Shown in pieces: positions 62,181 through 64,000 of a stretch of DNA of 64,000 nucleotides. Each line of letters begins with the position of its first letter. The first letter of the stretch is position 1. The DNA is from Escherichia phage ManiMatter_Bas94. Position numbers and translations under genes: made by a program. The stretch is taken from the sequence record PQ850617.1; one strand, 5' to 3'. Below the pieces are notes generated by a model that searched no databases, was not told the DNA's origin, and saw nothing but the letters and a program-made list of their open reading frames with translations.

Positions 62181-62411
62181 GGATGTTATACACGGGGCAA
62201 TAACTGCACGGGATAGGGCACGGGAAAAGTGGAACGTTGAAAAAGAAGGTAAAGGCATTGCCAATACCCATTTTTTAAATGAGGACTCCCCCTTTTTAAC
62301 AATTCGTCGCGGAGCGCCTAGCCCCACTCGGTCAAATCAGAATTTTAAACCCTTATATATAAGCATATGCCCCAACTTTATGTTGTGGATTTAAGCTTGA
62401 GGAACTATTTA

Positions 62412-62576
62412 ATGAATCTAATTAAAGTGTTTAGACGAATGAAATGTAAGCACAATTACTATCCTCTTCGTAAAGCTTACGGGGATGAAAGAATACACGG
62501 GCTATACTTATCAACATGGAGGTGTAGGGAATGTGGTAAGTTAAAGTTTAGTGAATGGGTAGACAGACCGGGATGA
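62412..62576 (+). CDS. Small zinc-ribbon protein (54 aa)
   Basis: ATG 62412 is preferred (gagga SD). The motifs are CKHN...CRECGK. Confidence 0.4.
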   Translation: MNLIKVFRRMKCKHNYYPLRKAYGDERIHGLYLSTWRCRECGKLKFSEWVDRPG

Positions 62577-62589
62577 TAGTGCCTTAACG

Positions 62590-62698
62590 TGACATAGCCT
62601 TTATGAAGTCCCCTTTATGACATGCCCTTTACTTCAGCGTACACGGGTTGTCAATGATGACATGGCCTTTACGGGTAGGTCTTATGATGTGCCCTTTA
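62590..62698. repeat. Iteron array, four copies of TGACATRSCCTTTA
   Basis: tgacatagccttta (62590), tgacatgcccttta (62618), tgacatggccttta (62658), tgatgtgcccttta (62685). Spacings are 28, 40 and 27 bp. Confidence 0.75.
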
Positions 62699-62747
62699 TA
62701 CTTCAGAGACAGCTACTACGTAGCGTCGTATTCAGAGGAGAAGAATT

Positions 62748-62969
62748 ATGAATTTAGTATTAGACTTTTTATCAGAGGTTGTGCCTCGCTTTCGTACGGA
62801 GACTTGTGCCTTCGTTAAAATATCCCCTGAAGAATTAGAATGCATTGGTCGTCTGGTTGACTTGGATGACGATGAAGAATTTGATGCAACGATGGAAGTT
62901 AGTAGCCTAGGATGGTTATTCTTCCGAGCGTTCACCACTATCAAACCACACACTTATAAGGAATACTAA
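62748..62969 (+). CDS. Acidic hypothetical protein (73 aa)
   Basis: ORF-track ORF with SD gaggag. Confidence 0.45.
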   Translation: MNLVLDFLSEVVPRFRTETCAFVKISPEELECIGRLVDLDDDEEFDATMEVSSLGWLFFRAFTTIKPHTYKEY

Positions 62970-63002
62970 TTTATGTTAGATTGTAAATATCAAGGAGATG
63001 AT

Positions 63003-63404
63003 ATGTTAGATTTAATCCACACTACTCGCCCTAATTCTAAAACTAAAACACAACCATCTACTCTGGAAGTAATTGAATACGAATCTACTAAACATGATCA
63101 CCTCCCTGACTATGCTCGTGCAATGATTGAGATGATTGAAGAAGCTGAATATGAAATGCTCCATGATTACATCACCTCCAAAGATGAATGGCATCGTGAT
63201 GTTCGAATCGAAGAAGATGGTACAGAAACAATTACGTGGATTCACAAGAGTGAGTTAGTAGACGACGCACTGCGAGACTACGAAAAATTTTTGGTCGACG
63301 GCTCTATTCTTTTAGAGGAAGAGAAGGGTGTAGAACTTCCGTGGGAGGGTGAGACAGTTGCTTTAGGTAAGATGTTTAACCTGTCCGTTGGTGATTGTAA
63401 GTAA
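63003..63404 (+). CDS. Acidic hypothetical protein (133 aa)
   Basis: ATG 63003 is preferred (aaggag, 5 nt). The listed start at 62973 is an alternative. Confidence 0.45.
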   Translation: MLDLIHTTRPNSKTKTQPSTLEVIEYESTKHDHLPDYARAMIEMIEEAEYEMLHDYITSKDEWHRDVRIEEDGTETITWIHKSELVDDALRDYEKFLVDGSILLEEEKGVELPWEGETVALGKMFNLSVGDCK

Positions 63405-63409
63405 TGTTT

Positions 63410-63432
63410 GCCTCCTTTGGGAGGCTTTTTGT
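63410..63432 (+). terminator. Rho-independent terminator
   Basis: gcctcc-tttg-ggaggc followed by tttttgtg. Confidence 0.8.
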
Positions 63433-63460
63433 GTTGTTGATAATGTAGAAGGAGTATAAA

Positions 63461-63931
63461 ATGTTTGGAGAAAACGGAGGACTCACACCTGCACAGGTAG
63501 CTGAGATTACAGGAAGATTACCCGGAGTAACGGAAGAACTTGAATCCAAGGGTATGAACCCAAGCAATGGGAAGTTTCAAAAGGGAAATAAATTCGGACG
63601 ACCCAAAGGTAGTAGAGGTAAACTGACACAATTAATGTTGGACCGTGTTGCTGCAAGTCATTTGTCTCCTGATGAAGTGTTAATTCAAATTTACGAAGAT
63701 CCTAATATTCCACCTGATCTTAGATTCAAGGCTGCATCAAAAGTTGCAGATCTGGTATATCCTAAGGCGGCCTCTGTTGAAGTTAAGATTGAGGAAGAGA
63801 ATGTAGTCAACGAAGAATCACTGAATGCACAAATCAAGGACTTCTTGACTGGAGCACTTGGTATCGACGTTATGCCTCCAGAAGACAACTCCGAGGACGC
63901 TGAAAAGGGGGAGGAAGCGGACGAGAGTTAA
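63461..63931 (+). CDS. Terminase small subunit candidate (GRPKG-motif DNA-binding protein)
   Basis: FQKGNKFGRPKGSRGK is a motif I associate with phage proteins encoded next to large terminase genes. Acidic C-terminus. Located at the start of the rightward morphogenesis operon. Confidence 0.4.
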   Translation: MFGENGGLTPAQVAEITGRLPGVTEELESKGMNPSNGKFQKGNKFGRPKGSRGKLTQLMLDRVAASHLSPDEVLIQIYEDPNIPPDLRFKAASKVADLVYPKAASVEVKIEEENVVNEESLNAQIKDFLTGALGIDVMPPEDNSEDAEKGEEADES

Positions 63932-63961
63932 TTAAAGGAAAGAAGGGGAGGTTCTTTGACG

Positions 63962-63986
63962 AAGGGACTTTCCCTTTTCTATTTTT
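63962..63986 (+). terminator. Hairpin plus T-run
   Basis: aaggga-ctt-tccctt followed by ttctattttt. Confidence 0.5.
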
Positions 63987-64000
63987 AAACTGGAGGAAGT

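Noticed and set aside
62145-62327. 60-aa minus-strand ORF in the divergent region
   Set aside because: It has no SD and an odd composition. It spans the ACGGG repeats and the promoter-like motif, so it is most likely non-coding.
63441-63449. TAATGTAGA (8/9 match to the promoter motif) upstream of 63461
   Set aside because: It lies only 12 nt from the ATG and overlaps the SD. A transcript started from it would lack a ribosome-binding site.

Overview
The window reads as most of one lytic podophage genome. From memory I recognise it as phiEco32-like (Kuravirus type), based on a phage sigma-factor gene, recurring TAATGTATA promoter-like motifs, and an amidoligase / COOH-NH2 ligase / ATP-grasp / GATase gene cluster. 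No database search was possible. All calls rest on reading the ORF track and the DNA by eye, so hairpin and motif coordinates may be off by 1-2 nt.

Layout:
- 1-22270 (+): virion module. It holds the capsid C-terminus, an Ig-domain ORF, adaptor, three tail-fibre genes, GH24 endolysin, a nozzle-like protein carrying Big_2 domains, an SLT transglycosylase, Q/N-rich internal proteins and a 1435-aa internal protein.
- 22321-59482 (-): a long leftward gene train. It holds HNH nucleases, FEN, sigma factor, a spanin pair, an SSB, an intron-split T7-like DNA polymerase, PhoH, ThyX, thioredoxin, a Dps-like protein, dCTP deaminase, an NTase, a separate 3'-5' exonuclease, primase-helicase, the amidoligase cluster, and many small early genes.
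- 59483-61300: an ORF-free control region.
- 62172-64000 (+): start of the rightward operon, with a small-terminase-like gene.

Strongest hunt results:
1. Five stacked near-consensus sigma70 promoters are each followed by an rrn/lambda-type boxA (CGCTCTTTAAAAA). Two of them also carry covarying GNRA-loop hairpins that resemble lambda boxB. All sit ahead of a roughly 0.9-kb untranslated leader.
2. A lambda-G/T-type slippery heptamer GGGAAAG lies at the capsid gene end. A -1 shift there would fuse an Ig-like domain onto the capsid protein.
3. A group I intron carrying an EndoVII/HNH ORF splits polymerase motif B. The 3'-5' exonuclease domain of the same polymerase is a separate gene about 8 kb away.
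4. A nine-gene peptide-ligase / amidotransferase cluster has no known substrate. Its GATase gene must start at ATT.
5. There are iteron arrays, conserved structured intergenic elements, and a non-canonical tRNA-like element.
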